DNA from: Eubacteriales bacterium
GTDB lineage: Bacteria; Bacillota; Clostridia; Lachnospirales; Lachnospiraceae
DNA: 64,000 nucleotides
Direction of reading: 5' to 3'
Assembly: GCA_030524785.1 (NCBI GenBank)
Contig: JAUNFZ010000001.1
Span: 44,443 to 108,442 of the forward strand
Shown: piece after piece, positions 54,946 to 62,583 of the stretch
Position numbering within the stretch: position 1 is the stretch's first letter
Layout of the letters: each line of letters starts with the position of its first letter
Notes under the pieces: model-generated
The model's input: only the letters and a program-made list of their open reading frames with translations
Told to the model about the DNA's origin: nothing
Database searches by the model: none
Made by a program: the position numbers and the translations under genes

Positions 54946-55387
54946 CACGAGCGCAGTTTCCGAAGGAAAGCCACTGGCTGCTTGCAGCCGGGAGGATTTT
55001 CTTTCGGAAACTATGTGAGTGAAACGAACAGCGAGAAAGCGAAGCTTTGGAGCGGGCGCTCGTGAGAGCAGAGGGGCGCTGCAGAAAGCGCGCAAGGAAA
55101 GCCACTGGCTGCTTGCAGCCGGGAGGATTTTCTTTCGGAAACTATGTGAGTGAAACGAACAGCGAGAAAGCGAAGCTTTGGAGCGGGCGCTCGTGAGAGC
55201 AGAGGGGCGCTGCAGAAAGCGCGCAAGGAAAGCCACTGGCTGCTTGCAGCCGGGAGGATTTTCTTTCGGAAACTATGTGAGTGAAACGAACAGCGAGAAA
55301 GCGAAGCTTTGGAGCGGGCGCTCGTGAGAGCAAAGGGGCGCTGCAGAAAGCGAAGCTTTGGAGCGGGCGCTCGTGAAAGCAGAGGGG
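54946..55387. repeat. 131-bp tandem repeat array, three full units plus a 35-nt partial unit
   Basis: aaggaaagccactggctgcttgcagcc... recurs at 54963, 55094 and 55225 (period 131). A partial fourth unit (55353-55387) is joined at the internal microhomology agaaagcg. The units are nearly identical. Confidence 0.95.
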
Positions 55388-55394
55388 ATTGTTT

Positions 55395-56882
55395 ATGGCG
55401 CAAAAAGATTTACGAACATATCATCGCCGAGGGGTAACTCGTGAAAGTGGTTATCATACTTGCGATGAAACAACCGGCGGTGAATGTCTTATCCTTCACG
55501 CAGAACGATATGTATGTGAAACCGATACGGTAACATTTGTATTTTCCCGTTCTTCTGTTGATGTTGTTGAGCTCTTTGAAAAAGGAATTTCCATTATTGC
55601 TTTTGGCGGGTATATTCATTCTTCTGAGAAGGCAACTATATCACTGGACATGAGATATAGCTATGAGGGAGAGGGGTATGCCTTTGGCGAGGATTGGGAG
55701 CAAACGATAGAGTCTGATAGCTGGTCAAATATTGGTATTCACGCAGAGCAGCTAATCAACAAAGATTCACAGCTTATTGATGTAATTGTCAAAATGACCA
55801 TATCAGGTAAACAGGGTAATATCCTGGATTTCATTGCTTTTGACTTGGATGTGGTATCCAAAGAAGAATTTCAGGATACTTCTTGTGCGACGAGTTTCTA
55901 CCAAAAAACAAGTATGCATGTGCCGTATCTATATTATCTGCGTTCTGACTTACCGATTGACTGGTATCTTACTTCTGGTCAAAAGTTTGTTGAAGGACGG
56001 CGCATTGTAGCAAAAAGCTGTAACCGCTGCGGCCGATATTTACCGATTAATATTGATGATGAGTTAAAAACATTGAGCTTTTCTTTACACTGCAAAAAAA
56101 GAGCCCCTTGTATTCACTCGACTTTTAGAGCTTACAAAATACAAAACCAAGCGGATTTGAAAGCCGGGGATTTCAGGGGACTAACGATTGAAGACGGAAA
56201 GGTTGTGTCGTATTACGGACACCAACTTGAGTGTAAGGCTTGTAAAAAGTTCTTTGTTAATGCGCCTTTGAATCCTCAGCGTAACGCTCAACAGTTCAAG
56301 GAAGATGGATTGAGACGAAGGGCAATTGAGGTTTTGGTCAACACGCTTTTGGATAGGAACCTTATTCATTTTGAGTTTGAACGCCGTACCAAAAAGGAGT
56401 TTTCCCGTTATATTTGGGAAAAGTTTGACAGGCGATGTTTCAAGTGTGGCCCGGATTCAGATCCTATTGCGTTAGGAGATATGGCTTTAGATCACACGAT
56501 GCCGCTGGCCTATCTTTATCGTTTAGACGAGACCGCAACTTGCTTGTGCAGCAGTCACAATTCCCAAAAAAGTGACCATTTCCCAGTTGATTACTATAGC
56601 GAGGAAGAACTTATTCGGCTGAGCCAAATTACCGGCTTATCATTAACGCAGCTTCATAAAAAAGAGGTTAACCGGCAAGTTCTTGATTTACTTATTGAAA
56701 ATGTCGTATGGTTCTATGATGATTTTTTAATGAATCCTGACTACCAAAAGGTAAGGGATGGTATACGAACCGCTGACAAAATCAATGATTCTTTAAAACG
56801 TATCATTGCCGGAAAGGTTGACCTCGCAGAAAAATATCGTAAGGAAACCGGACACTATCCTCTATCAGTAACAATTAAATAA
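55395..56882 (+). CDS. putative restriction endonuclease: unknown N-terminal region, zinc-ribbon CxxC pairs, and an HNH (beta-beta-alpha-Me) nuclease motif
   Basis: 495 aa from ATG 55395, 7 nt after AGAGGGGA. SCNRCGRY, ECKACKKF, CFKCGP, then ...LDHTMPLAYLYRLDETATCLCSSHNSQKSDH... Low GC. Convergent with a DNA methyltransferase. Confidence 0.75.
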   Translation: MAQKDLRTYHRRGVTRESGYHTCDETTGGECLILHAERYVCETDTVTFVFSRSSVDVVELFEKGISIIAFGGYIHSSEKATISLDMRYSYEGEGYAFGEDWEQTIESDSWSNIGIHAEQLINKDSQLIDVIVKMTISGKQGNILDFIAFDLDVVSKEEFQDTSCATSFYQKTSMHVPYLYYLRSDLPIDWYLTSGQKFVEGRRIVAKSCNRCGRYLPINIDDELKTLSFSLHCKKRAPCIHSTFRAYKIQNQADLKAGDFRGLTIEDGKVVSYYGHQLECKACKKFFVNAPLNPQRNAQQFKEDGLRRRAIEVLVNTLLDRNLIHFEFERRTKKEFSRYIWEKFDRRCFKCGPDSDPIALGDMALDHTMPLAYLYRLDETATCLCSSHNSQKSDHFPVDYYSEEELIRLSQITGLSLTQLHKKEVNRQVLDLLIENVVWFYDDFLMNPDYQKVRDGIRTADKINDSLKRIIAGKVDLAEKYRKETGHYPLSVTIK

Positions 56883-56894
56883 CTGTGCAAAAAT

Positions 56895-56919
56895 CGGGGC
56901 TGGAATTTCACCAGTCCCG
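56895..56919. terminator. shared hairpin between the convergent nuclease and methyltransferase genes
   Basis: CGGGGCTGG (56895-56903) pairs with CCAGTCCCG (56911-56919), one G-T wobble, loop AATTTCA. Flanked by A-rich sequence on the 5' side and GTTTG on the 3' side. Confidence 0.6.
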
Positions 56920-56925
56920 GTTTGC

Positions 56926-59289
56926 CTACTTTTTCATCAGGAACAAGTATTGATGTTCAACCGTTGAACCTTTGTCTTTAATGCCATGCTTCTCAATCTC
57001 TTGAACACTCTCAGTTCCTCGATATACTTCAATAAAATACGGTGCTGCTCGTCTGGATAGTTCTTCTGCCATATCAACTTTTTCTGTTTTGCCGAGATGA
57101 AGTATTACTTTCCCGTTAGGTTTCAAAATGTCGTAACACATCTTGAAAAAGGAAATATAAACATCAAAATCCCTGCGCTGTTTTTGGTCAAGAAATGCGT
57201 TGTCAGCATTTTTAAAGTCGCTTTCTTCCCAACCGCACAACCAGAGACGCATCCAGTTTTGCATATAAAATCTTATTGAATCGGCAAATGGCGGTGAACA
57301 AATGACAGCATCGGCAGAAATATTACAGGCACTCAGTTCCTGATAATCTCCATATATTGCCTGTCCAAATCTATAATTGTCAAATTCACCTTTTTGGAAC
57401 GAAGCAGTCAATTTGTCTTTTACATGCTCCACCACATTCTTGTACACGAAGTCTCCTGTAGGAGCATACGGAGTGAGTGGATGGGAGTTACGGGATAAAG
57501 CGTATGGTCTGTTGCCATGAAGCACATGTAATAGGCACGAGAAAACCATTGCCTCTGCGGAAGAAAGCGTTTTTATTCTGGGTACAAAATAGTTTCGTGT
57601 GCAAAGTATTTCTCTATAGGTGTCTTTGTGAAAGTAGCTCGGCAACTTTCCATTGAATCCAAAGTTTTCATATTTCACAATCTGCGCTGCGATTACATCG
57701 CTTAGTTTTTCTTGCTCAATATAGGATTGTAATTCATCCAGAACCTTGATACAGTCTTGTTCATCAGCTTTTTCAACTTTTGCTTTTGTTACACAAAAAG
57801 CGAGTTCACTCAGGTCGTTTCCGATACCAATTCTATTCTGTAGACACGCCTCCAAAGGAATTGTGCCTACACCGCTTAACGGATCTACAATGATATCTCC
57901 AGGCTCGGTAAATTGTTCTACCAGGAAATGAGCAATGGCAGGCTTTAGTTTTCCGTGATATGAGCACAGTGAGTGCCATGGATGCCCCCAGTTTCTTCCT
58001 GAATATGGTGCAGCCTTATATGGCATGGTATTTATAAAGTTTTGAGCTTCATTGTGAAAAACTTCAAATGGCGAAGCTGTTTGATGAAAGCGAAACTTCA
58101 ATAATCTTTGTGAAAGGATCATTCCGTTTTTTGATCTGCGTTCTCTTAGGATATCTTCTCCGTATAATTCAAATCCATACGATGCACAAATCTTTACAAG
58201 TATTTCGTGAGTAGGGATATGAACTCCGGCAAATTGAGAATCTCCAATGTCCATAATGAAATATCCGTTATCCTTCATCGCATGAGAAAGACGCTCGATA
58301 ACGTTTTCCATATCGTGAAAATAGCCTGCCACCATAATCGGGATGCGCTTGTCGTAGGCCACAGGGGTTAAGTCGTCAATGTATGGACGGACAACTTCTG
58401 GAATTTCAAAATTGGCATTGCGGGCAGATATATTGTTGATGCCTGCAATAATTCCTTTTGAATGATATTTCGGCAGATCTTTTTCAGTAACAACATAATC
58501 TGTAAGTTTTAATTCGAGTTTCGTATTTCTGGTATAGTTTGTCCCATTCAAATAAGGGGGTGAGGTAATCACACAATCAATTTGATTTTCCACCTCAATA
58601 TCTCTGGCATCGTCTGCCAATCGAATAGTCTCTGCCATAGTAGGACAGCAGCCGCTTTCAATATCTTCAATAGCCGCTTCAATTTTGCCCATAAAGTTTG
58701 CGAGAATATCTTTATCTTCGACTTTCTTTTCATTTTCCTTTGCAAATCGCAAATCGCCTTGGCGTATCATTTTAGAAGCTCTGACCGTAACTGATGCCAA
58801 AAGAATCAAAGCAATGCTTCGTGTGTCAGTATTGGGAATTTTTTCAACTTTCTTTTTCAAATCTTGCAGTTGTGCAAGAACTTCCGGTTCAAAATACTTT
58901 TCAAATCCGTCCCATGTTGGCTTATCAAAGTAAAGCTGATAATGATAGTTTTCCAGTTCATTTAAAAATTTTTTCAGATATTTACTGCCTGTCTGGCTAT
59001 CCCGTAATCTTTTTACCGCATTAGTTTTTGCTTCTATGACTTGCCGCATAAAGGGATTTGTTTCGCAGTAGAATGATTTAATACCATGCGAAGATGCAAC
59101 TAACGAAGTAGTGCCAGTCCCACAAAAAGGGTCGAAAATTATGTGAATATTTTCTGGACCAATTTCCATGATAATATCATCAATCAGGCAAGAAGAATAG
59201 CCCTCCAAATAGGGATACCATCTATGGATAGGTTCTCCTTTGTTCAAGGCGAAGGTTGCTGCCGCTGCCTTGGAATAATTATTTCCCAT
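56926..59289 (-). CDS. fused double DNA methyltransferase (two modules, motif IV SPPY and SPPF; predicted N4-cytosine or N6-adenine)
   Basis: Module 1: FDPFCGTGTTSLVA ... VITSPPYLNGTNY. Module 2: IVDPLSGVGTIPLEA ... VICSPPFADSIRFY. My preferred start is ATG 59287-59289 (787 aa). The ORF track starts at TTG 59331 (801 aa). Confidence 0.85.
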   Translation of the reverse strand: MGNNYSKAAAATFALNKGEPIHRWYPYLEGYSSCLIDDIIMEIGPENIHIIFDPFCGTGTTSLVASSHGIKSFYCETNPFMRQVIEAKTNAVKRLRDSQTGSKYLKKFLNELENYHYQLYFDKPTWDGFEKYFEPEVLAQLQDLKKKVEKIPNTDTRSIALILLASVTVRASKMIRQGDLRFAKENEKKVEDKDILANFMGKIEAAIEDIESGCCPTMAETIRLADDARDIEVENQIDCVITSPPYLNGTNYTRNTKLELKLTDYVVTEKDLPKYHSKGIIAGINNISARNANFEIPEVVRPYIDDLTPVAYDKRIPIMVAGYFHDMENVIERLSHAMKDNGYFIMDIGDSQFAGVHIPTHEILVKICASYGFELYGEDILRERRSKNGMILSQRLLKFRFHQTASPFEVFHNEAQNFINTMPYKAAPYSGRNWGHPWHSLCSYHGKLKPAIAHFLVEQFTEPGDIIVDPLSGVGTIPLEACLQNRIGIGNDLSELAFCVTKAKVEKADEQDCIKVLDELQSYIEQEKLSDVIAAQIVKYENFGFNGKLPSYFHKDTYREILCTRNYFVPRIKTLSSAEAMVFSCLLHVLHGNRPYALSRNSHPLTPYAPTGDFVYKNVVEHVKDKLTASFQKGEFDNYRFGQAIYGDYQELSACNISADAVICSPPFADSIRFYMQNWMRLWLCGWEESDFKNADNAFLDQKQRRDFDVYISFFKMCYDILKPNGKVILHLGKTEKVDMAEELSRRAAPYFIEVYRGTESVQEIEKHGIKDKGSTVEHQYLFLMKK

Positions 59290-59503
59290 TTTGCCCTTCT
59301 TCCTGTTGACGATGTTCAACAACATCCTCAATACTGCAATGAAAGTAATTACATATCCTGTCTATTATTTCAAGAGAAACAATCTCTGAACGCCCCATTT
59401 TATCCATAGTAGATTTTGAAATTTTTGTTTCTTTCATGAGATCTTTTTTGCTCATATCTCTGTCGATGAGTAATTTCCATAATGGCTTATATGAAAAAGA
59501 CAT
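59279..59503 (-). CDS. small XRE/Cro-type helix-turn-helix protein (candidate controller of the R-M module)
   Basis: 74 aa from the ATG at 59501-59503, after AAAGGAGGAG. MSFSYKPLWKLLIDRDMSKKDLMKETKISKSTMDKMGRSEIVSLEIIDRICNYFHCSIEDVVE. Its 3' end overlaps the methyltransferase start by 11 nt. Confidence 0.8.
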   Translation of the reverse strand: MSFSYKPLWKLLIDRDMSKKDLMKETKISKSTMDKMGRSEIVSLEIIDRICNYFHCSIEDVVEHRQQEEGQNGK

Positions 59504-59528
59504 TTCTTCTCCTCCTTTTATGGGTGAT

Positions 59529-59565
59529 ATTTTACTGCAAAAGTGTTGTGAAGTCAATACTTTTG
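59529..59565 (-). promoter_or_regulatory. promoter with an embedded inverted repeat upstream of the HTH-methyltransferase operon
   Basis: Minus strand: TTGACT (59552-59557), 17-nt spacer, TAAAAT (59529-59534). Inverted repeat CAAAAGT (59538-59544) / ACTTTTG (59559-59565) brackets the -35. Confidence 0.55.
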
Positions 59566-59730
59566 TATCTATTCACTTTTTATCGTTTTTCATTTGCAAT
59601 CTGCAGAAACTCAGGGCAAATGGATATTGACTTGCGGCTTCAAACATGCGAAGATGTAGGGGAGACAGAGCCGGTGCCGGCGGGCACAGGGCCTGGTGGG
59701 AACATAAAAGTAGGAAAGGAAAAAGAAGGA

Positions 59731-61161
59731 ATGAACGACAGATATCAAAGCCCTTTATCAGAACGCTATGCGAGCCGTGAGATGCAGTATATTTTTTCAC
59801 CGGACAAAAAGTTTAAGACCTGGAGGAAGCTCTGGATCGCTTTGGCGGAGACGGAAAAGGAATTGGGCCTGAATATTACGGACGAGCAGATTGCGGAGCT
59901 TAAGGAACATGCGGAGGATATTAATTACGACGTGGCGAAAGAACGGGAGAGGATTGTCCGCCATGATGTTATGTCCCATGTGTATGCCTACGGCGTGCAG
60001 TGCCCGAAGGCAAAAGGCATCATTCATCTGGGCGCGACCTCCTGTTATGTGGGAGACAATACAGATATTATTGTAATGTCAGAAGCATTAAAGCTGGTAA
60101 AGAAAAAGCTGGTGAATGTTATCGCAGAGCTGTCCAAATTTGCCGGAGAATATAAAAATCAGCCGACGCTGGCATTTACGCATTTTCAGCCGGCACAGCC
60201 TACGACGGTGGGAAAGCGCGCAACGCTTTGGCTGCAGGAGTTTTTGATGGATCTTGAGGATCTGAATTATGTACAGGGAAGCCTGAAAATGCTGGGAAGC
60301 AAGGGAACAACCGGAACCCAGGCAAGTTTTCTGGAACTGTTTGACGGAGATCAGGAAAAGATTGATAAGATTGATCCGATGATTGCCGAAAAGATGGGAT
60401 TTGAGGCTTGCTATCCTGTTTCAGGACAGACGTATTCCCGCAAAGTGGATACCAGGGTGCTGAATGTGCTGGCAGGCATTGCGGCCAGCGCACACAAGTT
60501 TTCCAATGACATCCGCCTGCTGCAGCATTTGAAGGAAGTGGAAGAACCCTTTGAAAAGACGCAGATTGGCTCATCCGCCATGGCCTATAAAAGGAATCCC
60601 ATGCGCAGCGAGCGTATTGCTTCCCTGTCCAGGTATGTGATTTGTGATGCGCTGAATCCGGCCATTACCTCGGCTGCTCAGTGGTTTGAACGGACGCTGG
60701 ATGATTCTGCAAATAAGAGGCTTTCTGTGCCGGAGGGATTTTTGGCGGTGGACGGTATTCTGGATCTCTGCCTGAACGTGGTAGACGGCCTGGTGGTTTA
60801 CCCGAAGGTAATTGAAAAACGTCTGATGTCAGAACTGCCGTTTATGGCGACGGAAAATATCATGATGGATGCGGTAAAGGCAGGGGGCGACCGCCAGGAA
60901 CTGCATGAGAGAATACGGGAGCTTTCCATGGAGGCGGGACGAAACGTCAAAGTAGAGGGAAAAGAAAACAATCTTCTGGATCTGATTGCGGCTGATCCGG
61001 CCTTTAACCTGACCAGAGAGGAACTTCAGAAGACTATGGATCCCGCAAAATATGTAGGACGGGCGCCGCGCCAGGTAGAGGTATTTCTGGAGCATCATGT
61101 GAAGCCGGTTCTGGAGGCAAATAAAGAACTTCTGGGAATGAAAGCAGAGATTTACGTATAG
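59731..61161 (+). CDS. purB: adenylosuccinate lyase
   Basis: ATG 59731 after GAAAGGAAAAAGAAGGA, in frame in ORF 59482..61161. MNDRYQSPLSERYASREMQYIFS...GSSAMAYKRNPMRSE (signature loop). Confidence 0.95.
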   Translation: MNDRYQSPLSERYASREMQYIFSPDKKFKTWRKLWIALAETEKELGLNITDEQIAELKEHAEDINYDVAKERERIVRHDVMSHVYAYGVQCPKAKGIIHLGATSCYVGDNTDIIVMSEALKLVKKKLVNVIAELSKFAGEYKNQPTLAFTHFQPAQPTTVGKRATLWLQEFLMDLEDLNYVQGSLKMLGSKGTTGTQASFLELFDGDQEKIDKIDPMIAEKMGFEACYPVSGQTYSRKVDTRVLNVLAGIAASAHKFSNDIRLLQHLKEVEEPFEKTQIGSSAMAYKRNPMRSERIASLSRYVICDALNPAITSAAQWFERTLDDSANKRLSVPEGFLAVDGILDLCLNVVDGLVVYPKVIEKRLMSELPFMATENIMMDAVKAGGDRQELHERIRELSMEAGRNVKVEGKENNLLDLIAADPAFNLTREELQKTMDPAKYVGRAPRQVEVFLEHHVKPVLEANKELLGMKAEIYV

Positions 61162-61226
61162 GCATTTGTAAATGGCGCAGTGAGTTTCAGGTGAAAGAGA
61201 GCATCTAAGGAATAGTGGTTTGAGAA

Positions 61227-61251
61227 AGAGGGCGGCCTGTGGCCGCCCTCT
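61227..61251. terminator. GC-rich hairpin between purB and the convergent MFS gene
   Basis: AGAGGGCGGCC-TGT-GGCCGCCCTCT perfect 11-bp stem, with short T-rich flanks on both strands. Confidence 0.7.
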
Positions 61252-61293
61252 TTAATATGGATTTATGATATGAATCCCATCATATGTCTGATT

Positions 61294-62460
61294 TTATACA
61301 TTTTTGGAACGCAGAAGCGTCTCGTGCATGATTATCATCAAAAGCAGGATCAGCAGCAGGTATACCGGAAATAGTGCAGGGCTGATATGGTTTGCAATCC
61401 AGCCGAATATAGGGGGCATCAGACAGGTGCCTACATAGGCACTGGCCATCTGGACTCCGATGACCGCCTGGGATTTATCTGCACCGAAATTGGCGGGCGT
61501 AGAGTGGATGATACAGGGGTAAATGGGGGCGCATCCTACGCCGATCAGTATCAGTCCTGCCAGTAAAAATACATTTCCCAGGGGCAGAAGAATGGCCGCA
61601 ATGCCAAGAAAAATCAGTGTCTGTCCCAGACGTATCATCTGCGCGTCAGAAAATTTAAATGTTAGGAATCCGCTGATGGCCCGGCCGGCAGTGATGCCCA
61701 GGTAAAACAGGGCGCTCCATGAGGCGGCGGTTTTCTCGGAAAATCCATGGCACAGTACCAAAAAGCTTCCGGCCCAGAGACCGGCAGTGGCCTCCAGCGC
61801 ACAATAACAGAAGAAAGTGATCATCACAGCCTTTGCGCCGGGAATCTGAATGACCTGAGAGAGCGGGAGCGATTTGCCGCCGGAAGTTTCCTCAGTATTT
61901 GCACCGGCTGACGCATCCTTCTGCCAGAGAGGCAGGGAAAGGATGAGAATGGCTGTCAGAGCAATCTGCAAAAATGCAATGTAGCGGTATCCCATATGCC
62001 AGCCCTGGCCCTTTGTGAGGGCATATCCCATAATGTATGGTCCTGTGGAAGCTCCGACTCCCCACATACAGTGCAGCCAGCTCATATGACGGCTGGCGTA
62101 GTGCAGGGCCACGTAGTTGTTTAGCGCTGCGTCCACACTGCCTGCTCCAAGGCCGTAGGGGACAGCCCAGAGACACAATATGAAAAAAGAAGGGCTGACT
62201 GAAAAGCCAAGGAGAGCCGCGGCGGTCATGGCGACACTGACGGCGGTGACTTTTCCAACGCCCAGCGTACGAACCAGGCGGTCGCTTAAGAGGCTTGAGA
62301 CAATCGTTCCGGCGGCAATAATCATGGAGATAATGCCTGCGTAAGAAACCGGTACTGACAGTTCGCCGTACATGGTGGGCCATGCGGCGCCAAGCAGCGA
62401 ATCGGGAAGTCCAAGACTAATAAAAGATAAATAGATGACAATAAGTAATAACTGAAACAT
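61294..62460 (-). CDS. MFS transporter
   Basis: 388 aa with about 12 hydrophobic segments. ...SDRLVRTLGVGKV... loop 2-3 type motif. Confidence 0.85.
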   Translation of the reverse strand: MFQLLLIVIYLSFISLGLPDSLLGAAWPTMYGELSVPVSYAGIISMIIAAGTIVSSLLSDRLVRTLGVGKVTAVSVAMTAAALLGFSVSPSFFILCLWAVPYGLGAGSVDAALNNYVALHYASRHMSWLHCMWGVGASTGPYIMGYALTKGQGWHMGYRYIAFLQIALTAILILSLPLWQKDASAGANTEETSGGKSLPLSQVIQIPGAKAVMITFFCYCALEATAGLWAGSFLVLCHGFSEKTAASWSALFYLGITAGRAISGFLTFKFSDAQMIRLGQTLIFLGIAAILLPLGNVFLLAGLILIGVGCAPIYPCIIHSTPANFGADKSQAVIGVQMASAYVGTCLMPPIFGWIANHISPALFPVYLLLILLLMIIMHETLLRSKNV

Positions 62461-62583
62461 AACTTTTCCTCCAGGGTTGCGTATTGCTTGTCTGTATGAT
62501 AGGATTATATTATCAAAATTACGAAAATACTAGAATATAATCGCCAAATATATAAGACAAAATCGTCAAACCGGAGGGGAAAT

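Noticed and set aside
54946-55387. Possible CRISPR array, because of the regular repeats
   Set aside because: The units are 131 bp, directly abutting and near-identical over their whole length. There are no unique spacers and no cas genes nearby. This is a plain tandem repeat.
54898-55403. Minus-strand ORFs of 63-130 aa (54898..55236, 55011..55403, 55142..55333) with repetitive translations
   Set aside because: They lie entirely in the 131-bp repeats. The period is not divisible by three, so each unit is read in a different frame. They have no RBS and low-complexity Ser/Ala/Leu/Arg composition. They are artefacts of the repeat.
59608-59616. Shared 9-mer ctgcagaaa at the right border of the island and in each 131-bp unit (for example about 55341), considered as a possible target-site duplication
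   Set aside because: A single 9-mer match is near chance expectation in 64 kb on two strands, and the flanking bases do not extend the similarity.
59482-59730. 83-codon N-terminal extension of purB (ORF track start 59482) crossing the HTH gene promoter
   Set aside because: The extension is hydrophobic, low-complexity sequence translated from AT-rich island border DNA. purB homology (MNDRYQSPLSERYASREMQY) and an RBS begin at 59731.
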